From: Candidatus Pelearchaeum maunauluense
GTDB taxonomy: Archaea; Thermoproteota; Nitrososphaeria_A; Caldarchaeales; Caldarchaeaceae
Length of the DNA: 64,000 bases
Assembly: GCA_030059675.1 (NCBI GenBank)
Contig: JANVYQ010000004.1
Coordinates: 121,086 to 185,085 of the forward strand
Direction of reading: 5' to 3'
Positions within the stretch are counted from its first letter, which is position 1. Every line of letters begins with the position of its first letter. Below the pieces are notes generated by a model that worked only from the letters and a program-made list of their open reading frames with translations, was not told the DNA's origin and did not search any database. This document shows positions 35,178 to 44,974 of the stretch, one piece after another. The translations under genes were made by a program, and so were the position numbers.

Positions 35178-37076
35178 GTGATAGACTATAAGGAGGTTGG
35201 CTTAAAGGTCGGGCTTGAGGTCCACCGCCAGCTAGACACGTCAAAGAAGCTCTTCTGCGACTGTCCCACGGAGGCTGTGGAGGGAGGCAGGGTTATTGAG
35301 TTCCGCAGATACTTGAGGGAAGCCCAGAGCGAGCTGGGAAGGGTGGACCCAGCAGCCCTCTTTGAGGCCAAGAAGCGGAAGGAGATAATCTACCAAGCTA
35401 ACACTGGTAATGTCTGTCTTGTTGAGATGGATGAGGAGCCGCCCCACCCAATAAACAGGGAGGCTGTGGAGGTTGCTCTAATCGCAAGCCTCCTCATGGG
35501 CGCGACGCCCGTTGATGAGGTTCATGTAATGCGGAAGATTGTCATAGACGGCTCCAACACTACCGGCTTTCAGAGGACGTGCATAATAGCTGTGGGTGGT
35601 TCTGTAAGGGCTGGAGAGAAAGAGATACCCATACAGACCATCACGCTGGAGGAGGATGCTGCGCGTATAGTTGAGGCGCGGCGGAGGGAAGCTGTGTATG
35701 ACCTCTCCCGTCTAGGCGTCCCGCTCATAGAGATATCCACAGCACCCGTGATACAGTCGCCAGAGGAGGCTGTGAAGGCTGCCAAGGCGATAGGCGATAT
35801 ACTGCGGGCAACTGGGAAGGTGAAGCGGGGTCTCGGCACGGTGAGGCAAGACTTGAACATCTCAATAAGCGGTGGAGCGCTAATGGAGATTAAAGGAGTT
35901 CAGGAGCTAGACCTTATAGCGAAGGTGGTGGAGAACGAGGTTAAGCGGCAGCTCCACCTCCTAGAAATAGCCGAGGAGCTGCGGAGACGCGGGGTCAGAG
36001 AATCCGACCTGGCCTTCAACCCCGTTGATGTTACCGAGGTCTTCCGCAATACCAGCTCTAAGGTCGTCAAACGTAAGCTCGCCGAGTCTGCGCATGTCTT
36101 TGCACTACGCCTGCCAGGGTTTGCTGGCTTCCTATCGCTGGAGAAATGGCCTGGCATAAGGCTCGGCGCAGAGCTGGCTGCCCATGCGAAGGCCTGGGGA
36201 GATGTTGAGGGAATATTCCATACCGACGAGCTTCCAGCATATGGAATCTCACCCGAGGAAGTGGAAGGGGTCAAAAAAGCCCTGGAATGCGGCGGGGATG
36301 ATGCAGCCGTACTAGTGGTGAGCGACGAGCACTCGGCGATAGAGGCGCTTAGGGCTGTGCTGGAACGCGCGAAAGAGGCAATTAGAGGAGTTCCCGAAGA
36401 GACCAGAGCTGCACGCCCAGATGGGACGACAACATACATGAGACCAAGGCCAGGCGCCGCGCGTATGTATCCAGAGACGGACATACCCCCCATGACAATC
36501 ACGCAAGAATACATAGAGAGCCTACGCCGCAAACTGCCTCCAACCCTAGAAGAGACCGCGAAGAGATTACAGCAGAAATACAACCTAAGCAGGCAGTTAA
36601 TTCAGCAGCTCATAGACCAAGAGGTCAACGATATCTTTGAACATATTGTTGAGAAGTATGGTGTGCAGCCGTCGGTGGTTGCTGCTACGCTTACAGAGAC
36701 TCTAACGAGCCTACGCCGCGAGGGTGTGGCTGTTGATGAGCTGCCAACCAGCCTGTTTGATGAGCTCTTCCAACTCTTGAAGGAGGGCGTCTTCGCCAAA
36801 GAAGCTATACGGGACATACTCGCGTGGGTTGCGGCAAACCGCGGCAAGTCAGTAGTAGATGCGGTTAACGCGCTTAATGTGCGTGCCCCCTCGCGCGAAG
36901 AGCTGGAAAAGACAATAGACGAGCTTATCGCGAAGAATCAGGACATGCTTAATGATAAGAAGATAGTGAGTAGGCTTATGGGTGATTTGATGAAAGTTTA
37001 TCGGGGGCGTGTTGACGGGGCTGTTCTCAATAAGTTGTTGATGGAGCGTATAGAGGCTGCTAGAGCACGTGGCTGA
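35178..37076 (+). CDS. gatE: Glu-tRNA(Gln) amidotransferase subunit E
   Basis: GLEVHRQL, DGSNTTGFQRT, RQDLNISI and RMYPETD motifs. Confidence 0.96.
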   Translation: MIDYKEVGLKVGLEVHRQLDTSKKLFCDCPTEAVEGGRVIEFRRYLREAQSELGRVDPAALFEAKKRKEIIYQANTGNVCLVEMDEEPPHPINREAVEVALIASLLMGATPVDEVHVMRKIVIDGSNTTGFQRTCIIAVGGSVRAGEKEIPIQTITLEEDAARIVEARRREAVYDLSRLGVPLIEISTAPVIQSPEEAVKAAKAIGDILRATGKVKRGLGTVRQDLNISISGGALMEIKGVQELDLIAKVVENEVKRQLHLLEIAEELRRRGVRESDLAFNPVDVTEVFRNTSSKVVKRKLAESAHVFALRLPGFAGFLSLEKWPGIRLGAELAAHAKAWGDVEGIFHTDELPAYGISPEEVEGVKKALECGGDDAAVLVVSDEHSAIEALRAVLERAKEAIRGVPEETRAARPDGTTTYMRPRPGAARMYPETDIPPMTITQEYIESLRRKLPPTLEETAKRLQQKYNLSRQLIQQLIDQEVNDIFEHIVEKYGVQPSVVAATLTETLTSLRREGVAVDELPTSLFDELFQLLKEGVFAKEAIRDILAWVAANRGKSVVDAVNALNVRAPSREELEKTIDELIAKNQDMLNDKKIVSRLMGDLMKVYRGRVDGAVLNKLLMERIEAARARG

Positions 37077-38841
37077 GCGATTGCAGGAGCAGCTCCTCGT
37101 TATTTGGTGTCTTAAGGAAGACTGGGACGTTCTTCTGCTTAGTGGCCTTGTAGGAGACGAAGAGCCACTCACCCGTGTCAAGCTCCGTAGTTCGCTCAAC
37201 TACGCCATAGCTGAGCGAGAAAGCATCTGCTATAACCATCCTATCGTAGAAGCGCGGCAAGGTGCTTACAAAATAGCTGTGGAGCTGCTGTAGAGCATTA
37301 ACGTTAAGATGAGCAACACGCTGGGTAGCAAGCCAGCAGTGCGCCCTATACTTACGCCCCTGCCTCAAAAGAGCCTCAACCGACTTGTTGGAGCTAGCCG
37401 AGTAGTCAGCATCCTTAGCCCTATCAGGAATATACTCATGAGCCTCGTCAAGGACAACAAGCACCTTCCTCCTAGCGCCGCGCGTCTTCTTAAGAAGTAG
37501 AAGACTATCTATAAAGCGTGAAGTAGCAAGACGCGCAGTATCAGGCTCGGGAAGGTAGCATATAACGAGCTGCTCCGCCTCTCCAGAAAGAACATACTGG
37601 GCAAGCCCCTCAGGCGTCATTACCTTTCTCTCAGAACCGCCGCGAGAGGGAGCCATCTCATCAATTTTCTCTATGTAATTCAATAGTGCGGATACCTCTC
37701 CATAGAGGCTTGAACGATCATTAACGGTGTTCTTAGCCTCTCTAAGAACGTCTGCTAATATGGCGAGGTCTCTCTCCGAGAGTTCATGTAATGGAGTATT
37801 CTCGCTATAGCGATTATCGTTTAACAACTTATTCTGTATGTGATTCATTATCATAAGGGCTTGTGTTTTGCCAGATTTGCCTTCGCTCCAAATACTCTGC
37901 AGGACTTGGAGTATATGTTCTATTGTAAATATTCCCCTCCCTCTGCTTTCTTTGGTTAGAAGCTTGATTTTATCTTGTCTAAATAATGCTCTGGCTATCT
38001 GTTCCAGCTTATCATTACCTAGCTTGTCTTCAAGTGTTTCTGGTACTGTCTGGGAGTTTAGGAATCGTTCAACATCTTCTTCATAGTTTTCTGTTGAGTA
38101 AAAGACGCCGCTCTCTAGTAGGATGTCCGCTAGGTGTATAGCGTATTCGCCTGCGATATCTAGTATAACCACCCGCAGGTCTGGGATTGCCCTCCACGCC
38201 TGCCTCAGTAGGTATGATGTCAGGTTGGACTTGCCTGAACCCGTGAAGCCGAAAACCCCTGTGTGATACCTAACTAGGCTCTCCATGTCTATTGTGAGGG
38301 GCATGTTGAAGCCGAGTAAAGTGCCAGCCACAGCGCCCCCATCACGGCATAGGAACTTCCTCACAGCATAGCTTGAGAGGAGACGCGCGGGAGAGCCTAT
38401 GAGCGGGACAAGCTCAGACCTACTAAATACTGGCTCACCATCCTCGGTGAGGTCCATCCTGTACCTAGTTGGAACAGCTATGACGTCAATCCAAGTCTCG
38501 TCGCTCCCCTCCCAGCTTGAGTGAATCGTCTCCAGATACTCGCGCCTAATCACGGTTGGCATAGCAACATCCATGCCGAGCATCTGGAAGTGCATCGGCT
38601 TAACACCCACAACCTCATAAACCAGGTATGTCTTTCCATCTGTTGTTGGCCGTTCAATCGCCGCGAAACACGGCTCGTGTAGCCTGTCCAAGACATCCAG
38701 GTCAAATCTCACTTCTAGTATGGCTTCTGTGCTTAGTAGCATTACCTCGCCTTCCCTGGTTCTTGATGTCTTTGCAGATATCCTATGGTCTCTCAGCCTT
38801 GCCTGAAACTTACCATCCAAATCATCAAACACGCTGCTCAA
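37060..38841 (-). CDS. herA: HerA/FtsK-family ATPase (DUF87-like)
   Basis: HTGVFGFTGSGKS, ILDIAGEY, VLDEAHEY, RQGRKY and ATQR motifs. Confidence 0.88.
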   Translation of the reverse strand: MSSVFDDLDGKFQARLRDHRISAKTSRTREGEVMLLSTEAILEVRFDLDVLDRLHEPCFAAIERPTTDGKTYLVYEVVGVKPMHFQMLGMDVAMPTVIRREYLETIHSSWEGSDETWIDVIAVPTRYRMDLTEDGEPVFSRSELVPLIGSPARLLSSYAVRKFLCRDGGAVAGTLLGFNMPLTIDMESLVRYHTGVFGFTGSGKSNLTSYLLRQAWRAIPDLRVVILDIAGEYAIHLADILLESGVFYSTENYEEDVERFLNSQTVPETLEDKLGNDKLEQIARALFRQDKIKLLTKESRGRGIFTIEHILQVLQSIWSEGKSGKTQALMIMNHIQNKLLNDNRYSENTPLHELSERDLAILADVLREAKNTVNDRSSLYGEVSALLNYIEKIDEMAPSRGGSERKVMTPEGLAQYVLSGEAEQLVICYLPEPDTARLATSRFIDSLLLLKKTRGARRKVLVVLDEAHEYIPDRAKDADYSASSNKSVEALLRQGRKYRAHCWLATQRVAHLNVNALQQLHSYFVSTLPRFYDRMVIADAFSLSYGVVERTTELDTGEWLFVSYKATKQKNVPVFLKTPNNEELLLQSLSHVL

Positions 38842-40646
38842 TACTCACCACCACGGGCAGCCCTAATCCTAGCATACTCGGCTTCAGCTCTAATATCGCG
38901 GAAGCGGCGCACAATCAAGGGCATCCTCTCGCGCCTCACCAGCGTGCCCAGCTGGAGGTCAGCCACGCCGCGCAGGGTGGCTTTCATGGACTTTACCTCA
39001 GCCTTCACAGCCTTATCGGCCAGGTAGAGGAGCTGGTTATGGCCTAGACACTCCAGAACCTCTGGGTTATCAGTCTTAAACAGTATGTTAAGTATTAGTG
39101 AATCAAGCTCGGAAGTTCCATCAGCCTCAAAGAAAGCATCAAACGTGGATAGCTCGTTTTCCTCCCTAACGGTTATTCTGTGGAGGTGCTTAGAGTCGTA
39201 GCGCGGGTTGTATATTCTGTCGTAGGCGAAGACAAGAGACCTCATGCGCGGGTCGTTCTTAAACTCCCGCGTTTGGAAATATGCTTTTATGAATAGGCGC
39301 TCGCGTGATACCACGCGCCTAGCTGGCTTGAGAGGCCCCTCATCCCCCTGCCTCCTCACGTTCTCCACCAGCGTAAAGAAACATGCGTCATATGCTATGG
39401 TTCTCCAGGGGGTTCTTATATGGTTGGGGTTCGCTGAGCTTAGAATCGTTAGAAATGCTCTATCATTCTTCAACACTGGAATCCTAAGGCTTTTTGGTAA
39501 TCGTCCTATACTGTTCATGAAAGGTATGACAGCGCGCGTAAAATCTGTCGCGGCAGTATCCTTAGTAATACCTATCAGCAGCTTATCACGAACCCTGCTC
39601 TCGTGCATCAACTCATAGAGGAGAAAGAGGTTTATGATGTTAATCTCCTGAACTGATAGCCATCCCCTATCATCACCCAAATAGAAAGGATGCTTACCAT
39701 GGAGTAGAATGTCGTCAACCAGCCTAAGGGATAGCTCAAGAACCTTATCCCAATAATATCTAACGTCACCTTTCAACTCCACTAAGTCTCTCTCGCACTT
39801 TGAGAAGCAAGCATGCCCTCTAGCTTTGTCAAATTTTCTCAACTGCTGTAGTAGTCTGGGTATTTTCTCTTCGGGTAAGTTTAGCCTGGCCGCGAGCTCC
39901 CGTGCATTCATGGAGCCGTGCTTAATGAGTAGCTGTATGGCCGCGTATGTTCTATACCCGCGTCTAAGTGGTATATGTAGGTCTCCGGGCCCCAGCATGG
40001 CGGCTAGGTCAAGGTCTAGGACGGTAACCTTACCGCGTGATGTCTCCATTCCAACCAGGCTTGAGGTCTCTTCAGACTCCGTTACAAGATATTTGAGGAG
40101 AATTCTGGCCTCTTTGCTTAGGGGAGCGTGTGTTCCGCTGAGCGGCCTGTCCAGAAACACTATACCAACATCGTTGTTCCGCACAGCTCTGAGAGCTAGA
40201 TAGAGCTCCGCCATCGTCATCAAAGCGAAGGGTATCTTCTCCACGCTTATCCTGAACTCATGCTCAGGACTTAGTGATTGTGTTCCAGAAGCTATGTTGG
40301 ATAGGTCTTCAAGCCATAGTGGAACAGCGGCGGATGTTGAGAGTCTCTCATCGCGCTCAACTCGCTTAAGGTCAAACGAGATGTCGCCACGCTGTACTGT
40401 GAAGGGGCACCTGTATCCAGTGGCGGCGACGTAGAAGAAGAGCATCTCAAGCCTCTCGTCATAGTCCATGGAGCCGTCTATCCCAATGGCCGTGTTCCCA
40501 GGAATTCTAACACCAGTCCCGCCGCCCAAGCCGCGTGTAAGCACGGCAGCTGCTGGCTGCTCATGCAAGGACATGACACGATTATTAAACAGCCTAACAA
40601 GCTCGCGGGTCTGGCTCATGAGCGCCTTAGCAACCCTGCTTGACAA
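38838..40646 (-). CDS. nurA: NurA-like nuclease with internal HTH insertion
   Basis: IGIDGS, MAEL, FLDRPL, GITKDT, GHNQLLYLADK motifs; overlaps herA by 4 nt. Confidence 0.75.
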   Translation of the reverse strand: MSSRVAKALMSQTRELVRLFNNRVMSLHEQPAAAVLTRGLGGGTGVRIPGNTAIGIDGSMDYDERLEMLFFYVAATGYRCPFTVQRGDISFDLKRVERDERLSTSAAVPLWLEDLSNIASGTQSLSPEHEFRISVEKIPFALMTMAELYLALRAVRNNDVGIVFLDRPLSGTHAPLSKEARILLKYLVTESEETSSLVGMETSRGKVTVLDLDLAAMLGPGDLHIPLRRGYRTYAAIQLLIKHGSMNARELAARLNLPEEKIPRLLQQLRKFDKARGHACFSKCERDLVELKGDVRYYWDKVLELSLRLVDDILLHGKHPFYLGDDRGWLSVQEINIINLFLLYELMHESRVRDKLLIGITKDTAATDFTRAVIPFMNSIGRLPKSLRIPVLKNDRAFLTILSSANPNHIRTPWRTIAYDACFFTLVENVRRQGDEGPLKPARRVVSRERLFIKAYFQTREFKNDPRMRSLVFAYDRIYNPRYDSKHLHRITVREENELSTFDAFFEADGTSELDSLILNILFKTDNPEVLECLGHNQLLYLADKAVKAEVKSMKATLRGVADLQLGTLVRRERMPLIVRRFRDIRAEAEYARIRAARGGEY

Positions 40647-40755
40647 AGAAGACCCTCTAGGCTCTTAGGAGTTCGCTGGCTAAAATTAAGGATTATCCAA
40701 CGAGGTGTGGGGGAAGGGTTTAATTCCTAGGAGAAACCCCGCATAGGGGATAGTC

Positions 40756-40869
40756 ATGCCGCTTGATAGATTCATAGACCTCCTATATGGCGGCACATAT
40801 TGGCTCATAGTAGGAGCGCTAATATTGGTGGCGCTCTACACTATACATAACTCGCTGGAGAAAGGATAG
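40756..40869 (+). CDS. 37-aa single-TM microprotein (not in ORF track)
   Basis: MPLDRFIDLLYGGTYWLIVGALILVALYTIHNSLEKG; SD-like GGGGA; stop 9 nt before priS. Confidence 0.55.
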   Translation: MPLDRFIDLLYGGTYWLIVGALILVALYTIHNSLEKG

Positions 40870-40878
40870 AGGCGGGCT

Positions 40879-42147
40879 ATGAGCTTTTTAAGCCAGGATG
40901 AAGCTCTCCTCGTTCATCATCTCTTTAAAGAATACTACCGTAGCAGTAGAGGCCGTGAGATTTTTGAGCCGCGTTTTATAGAGAGGCGGGAGTTCGGCTA
41001 TATGCCGTTTGGCCAGAAGGTACTGGTGCGCCACCTCGGCTTTAAAGACATGAACGAGCTTAAGCGGGCTATAGAGCGCATCACCCCGCTCCACGTATAC
41101 CGCTCAGCAGCACTATACCACTTCCCAACAGCGCCGATGGGGGAGAAGGGCTGGATAGGGGCTGAGCTAATATTTGATATAGACGCAGACCACCTGCCAA
41201 CGAGATGCAAGAAAGAGCACGATTTTGCCTATTGCCCATCATGCGGGACTATACTGGAATATGGCTCCAAGACCTGTGCTGGATGCGGCTCTCAGGAGGT
41301 CAGGAAAGTTGAGTGGGTGTGTGAGGGCTGTATAAGTGCTGCGCGGACGGAGCTTCTAAAGCTAATGGACTTCCTAGAGAATGACTTTGACATAAAGCCT
41401 GAAGATATGGTCATAAGCTTCTCTGGAAACCGCGGCTATCACCTGGCTGTCTATAGTGATGATGTCCTGGAGCTTGATAGGGTTGCTAGACAGGAGATAG
41501 TGGAATACCTTACAGCAACCAATATGGATATCTCTTTCCACGGCTTGGCCCTGCGCTCTAAGCTCAGGGAGGCCGTGCCTGATTACACCGACTATGGATG
41601 GCGTGGTAGGCTGGCGCGCTCGGCCTATGAGGTTCTAACCCTCGTGAGGCAGGGCAACCAAGAGACGCGGGATAAGCTACTTGAGCTCCTATCCGAAGAA
41701 GACCTGAACGAGCTGGAGGAAATATCCCCTCTATGGAGTGAGCGGGCGCGGTGGGATACTCTAAAGACCAAGAAAGCTGCGCGCCACGTAAAGCAAGACC
41801 AGCTATCAGCGGTAATAAAACACGCAATAGAGAGAAGCATAGCAAATATAGACAACGTAGTCACGATGGATGTGCACAGGCTCCTCAGGCTCTCCAACAC
41901 GTTAAACGGTAAGACGGGGCTACTCGCGGCGGTAATGCCATACGACCAGCTTCAAGAGATAAATCCATTTGAATACTTTGCTGTGCTTCCAGAGGAGCCT
42001 ACCATTAATCTATGGGTTGTAAGCTCTCCCCGCTTTAGCCTTGCTGGAAACATATACGGCCCCTACAGGAACGAGAGGGTCAAACTACCCGCATACGCTG
42101 CTGCTTATCTCCTCTGTAAGGGTGTTGCCAGGCTCGCTGAACACTAG
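40879..42147 (+). CDS. priS: DNA primase small (catalytic) subunit
   Basis: RREFG, ELIFDIDADH, SGNRGYH, VTMDVHRLLRL; Cys-rich Zn insert; C-terminal YGPY domain. Confidence 0.93.
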   Translation: MSFLSQDEALLVHHLFKEYYRSSRGREIFEPRFIERREFGYMPFGQKVLVRHLGFKDMNELKRAIERITPLHVYRSAALYHFPTAPMGEKGWIGAELIFDIDADHLPTRCKKEHDFAYCPSCGTILEYGSKTCAGCGSQEVRKVEWVCEGCISAARTELLKLMDFLENDFDIKPEDMVISFSGNRGYHLAVYSDDVLELDRVARQEIVEYLTATNMDISFHGLALRSKLREAVPDYTDYGWRGRLARSAYEVLTLVRQGNQETRDKLLELLSEEDLNELEEISPLWSERARWDTLKTKKAARHVKQDQLSAVIKHAIERSIANIDNVVTMDVHRLLRLSNTLNGKTGLLAAVMPYDQLQEINPFEYFAVLPEEPTINLWVVSSPRFSLAGNIYGPYRNERVKLPAYAAAYLLCKGVARLAEH

Positions 42148-42215
42148 GGAGTGATGTGTTTAATACCCGCGTAGATGGTTAGAGGCTTCACGGTTTCAAG
42201 CCTGGTGATACGGCT

Positions 42216-42770
42216 TTGACGGCGGAGGGCATCTATACGAAAACCCTAGAACTATGGTCGCGCGAGCGATCAACAGAAGAGCTAACGGCAATTCCCAACG
42301 AGCTCGTCCAAGAGCTTGCCACATATGCTTCTGATATACGACGCCAGATAAGGCTGACAGACCGCGACTCAATAACCGCATCTCTCAAGTCAGCCGAGCT
42401 GGAAATGCTCCAACGCCTCCTAAAATCCCTGCTTGAAGTGAGGTTCAGAAAAATCCTCGCGGCGGTTCTTAAGGGAGAAGAGCCAGAGAACCTAACACCA
42501 TTTGAGAAGAGAGTCTTCCACTCCCTACAACGCACAATAGACGAGTATATGGACTCCATAGACATGACGGCGCGTCACCTGAGGATGTCCTTCATTGAGA
42601 CCGACTCAAAATATGATGTTGTGAGCTTTTTACAGCCTGTCGGCAGGTTTGTCGGCGAGGACTTGAAGAGCTACGGCCCGTTTAAACAGGGTGACATAGC
42701 TATTCTGCCAGTTGAAAATGCGCGGAGCCTAGCCAAGAGGAGCATCGTGAAGCGTATAATACTATACTAG
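42216..42770 (+). CDS. GINS subunit Gins51 (Gins15)
   Basis: Helical A domain (RFRKI, NLTPFEK) followed by B domain FVGEDLKSYGPFKQGDIAILPVENA; downstream of priS. Confidence 0.85.
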   Translation: MTAEGIYTKTLELWSRERSTEELTAIPNELVQELATYASDIRRQIRLTDRDSITASLKSAELEMLQRLLKSLLEVRFRKILAAVLKGEEPENLTPFEKRVFHSLQRTIDEYMDSIDMTARHLRMSFIETDSKYDVVSFLQPVGRFVGEDLKSYGPFKQGDIAILPVENARSLAKRSIVKRIILY

Positions 42771-43955
42771 GGCCTCGCTCTTAACGGTGAAAAGCTCGTC
42801 TCCAAAGACGTTTAGAAAGATATTCCCAAGGACAGCTTGTTTCAGCTGTACTGTAACTGGCGTGAAGAGCCGCATTACGTTGCGCTTAAGGTCCATCTCG
42901 GCCATCAGGCCTATTCCAGCATAATTGCTATTAACGTCAAACAAGTAGGTAAGTAGACCAATCCTACCCTTAAGAAAGAAGTCACCCATCTTATCAGCGT
43001 CGAGTTCAGCCTTGGAGTTGGCCTCGACATACTGCTTGACAGAGCGCCTAAAGAACTCTATAGGGCTCTGCTTATCTCCCAGGGCTTTGGCGTTTATGGT
43101 GGATAGCTCAACCCAGTTTATTGGTATCGTCCTTAATGTTGCGTTGCGTAGAAATCTGCGGTAAGCCATCTCGCGGAGCTTCTTCCTAGCATCCATGCTG
43201 CGGCGTAATGCCTTCTCAGAGCTGCGTAGAAGGGTGTGGGCTATACCCAGCTCGTTCACCTGCTCCAGCAGCTTCTCTGGAGTCTTCTCAAGGAATACCA
43301 CGTGGCTGGGCTGTGTTATGTCTAGGAGCCGCGCCTTATAATTCTCGGCCGCCTCACCCTCAATCCAGCCGTCGCAATCAACTATTAGATGACTTAGACC
43401 AGCGTCGCGTAGAATTTTCATAAGCTCGCCTGACATGCGGAGCTGATAATCAAGAACTGGCGTAGGTGATGTGGAGCCTATGGGGATGACGTAGCTGGCC
43501 TCAGCCTGAGCCAGGTCGTGAAACGGCCGCGTTATCTCGGCAGCCCCTATGGTGGTGGGAGGGGACAAATAGCTCTGGCCTGGGTCCAAATCAACTACAA
43601 CACACCGCCCAGACTCCCTTACAGATATGTTGCTCATCAACGTGGCGAGAGTGGTTTTACCAGAGTCAACGCCCCCTATCAGCGCCACGCTCTCCTCGCT
43701 ACATAGCCTCCTAGCAGCCTCAAGCCAGCTCTGGTCTATGGGGCTTCCCTCAACTACGTTGTGAGACGCCCCCTCGCCAAGCGTAAGCTCGTACTCCACA
43801 TCGGTCTCAGCGTATAGTGGGTAGCGCCGCCAAGGCCTGAGCAGGTAGCTTCTCCTAACCCTGAGGGGGCATTCAAGTATTGATGCCTCGCCGCTCATTA
43901 TCGTGAGAGAGGCTGGCCCGTCTATAATCGCCGAGGTGCCTTTCTTCAGGAACAT
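42762..43955 (-). CDS. Clp1/Grc3-family polynucleotide 5'-kinase
   Basis: GGVDSGKTT, DLDPGQ..PPTTIG, DCDGWI motifs. Confidence 0.85.
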   Translation of the reverse strand: MFLKKGTSAIIDGPASLTIMSGEASILECPLRVRRSYLLRPWRRYPLYAETDVEYELTLGEGASHNVVEGSPIDQSWLEAARRLCSEESVALIGGVDSGKTTLATLMSNISVRESGRCVVVDLDPGQSYLSPPTTIGAAEITRPFHDLAQAEASYVIPIGSTSPTPVLDYQLRMSGELMKILRDAGLSHLIVDCDGWIEGEAAENYKARLLDITQPSHVVFLEKTPEKLLEQVNELGIAHTLLRSSEKALRRSMDARKKLREMAYRRFLRNATLRTIPINWVELSTINAKALGDKQSPIEFFRRSVKQYVEANSKAELDADKMGDFFLKGRIGLLTYLFDVNSNYAGIGLMAEMDLKRNVMRLFTPVTVQLKQAVLGNIFLNVFGDELFTVKSEALV

Positions 43956-43967
43956 TATGCGTTTAAC

Positions 43968-44612
43968 CTACCCCCTGGAGATTCGTCTTAGCTTCTTGGG
44001 AAGGGCTGCGGCTGCCATCTCGTCTGCGCGTCTCCTCCCTGGAAGCCACGCAGGCCTGCGTGAAGTACCATGCTCAGGGACAAGCTTTAGGGTGGCCTGC
44101 TCAAATAGCTTGGGAAGACGTTTCCTGAGATGTTCCAGCATCTCATCGCGGTAAGGATGGGCTCCAGAGCCCGCGAGTATGAATACCCTAGCCCCAGCGT
44201 GGTTGTTGATGAAATCCTCTATACTCTGGGCTAGGTTCTCATAATCGGTGTGTGTCTCCGTTCTAATAACAGCTCCATCAACTATGAACGCCACGCCGAC
44301 GCGCTTACCAGGGTCTAGCGAGATGGTAATCTCCTTCACCTTCTCCTTCCCCGAGCACAGCTCTAGGGCTCTGTCTATTACTGCCCTGGTGGATGTGTAG
44401 TCTTCAGCGTATATTATATGGCCGTGCCCCTTCATCGGGTTATCCCTGCGTGTTGATATTATTACCTGCGTGGAGAGCGGTATCTCGTCCCATGATAGGA
44501 CGCGCTTAACCCTAACGCCCCTGCTGGCTGCTTCATCAACTATCCTGCTTGCTAGGCGTGTATCCGAGGTATAGACAGCTACGGAGCGCTGCTGCTGATG
44601 CCCGACAACCAC
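43968..44612 (-). CDS. RNase H-fold (YqgF/RuvC-like) hypothetical protein
   Basis: ISLDPGKRVGVA, VPEHGTS and ADEMAA acidic motif pattern. Confidence 0.65.
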   Translation of the reverse strand: MVVGHQQQRSVAVYTSDTRLASRIVDEAASRGVRVKRVLSWDEIPLSTQVIISTRRDNPMKGHGHIIYAEDYTSTRAVIDRALELCSGKEKVKEITISLDPGKRVGVAFIVDGAVIRTETHTDYENLAQSIEDFINNHAGARVFILAGSGAHPYRDEMLEHLRKRLPKLFEQATLKLVPEHGTSRRPAWLPGRRRADEMAAAALPKKLRRISRG

Positions 44613-44716
44613 GCTGGCGGCTTTCCCTCTCAGCCCTCAACACCCCCATCTAAGGCGGTGGATTTAAATTCCCCAACCTAGCATAAGTGTTTTCATTAGA
44701 GGAGAGGGGGACGCTT

Positions 44717-44974
44717 ATGGGTAGGAGGCGTAGGAAGATTATTAAAAAGACACCCAAAGCGCCGCCGAGCATATTCGTCTGCCCCCTATGCGGGGCGCAG
44801 GCAGTCTCGGTAGCGCATGAGCCAGAAGCAGAGGTAGCTAGGGTAACCTGCGCCTCATGCAAAGCATCAACCGAGGTCAAATGGTACCCAGCATACACGC
44901 CAGTTGACGCATACTCAGAGTGGTATGACCTAGTCACAAAGGGAGCGCGTACAGTTGAAGCCGGGGAAGGTTGA
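44717..44974 (+). CDS. elf1: Transcription elongation factor Elf1
   Basis: MGRRRRK...FVCPLC...CASC...VDAYSEWYD. Confidence 0.92.
   Translation: MGRRRRKIIKKTPKAPPSIFVCPLCGAQAVSVAHEPEAEVARVTCASCKASTEVKWYPAYTPVDAYSEWYDLVTKGARTVEAGEG

Noticed and set aside
41950-42770. Similar YGP-containing C-termini in PriS and Gins51
   Set aside because: Homology between the PriS C-terminal domain and the GINS B-domain, and their gene linkage, are already established
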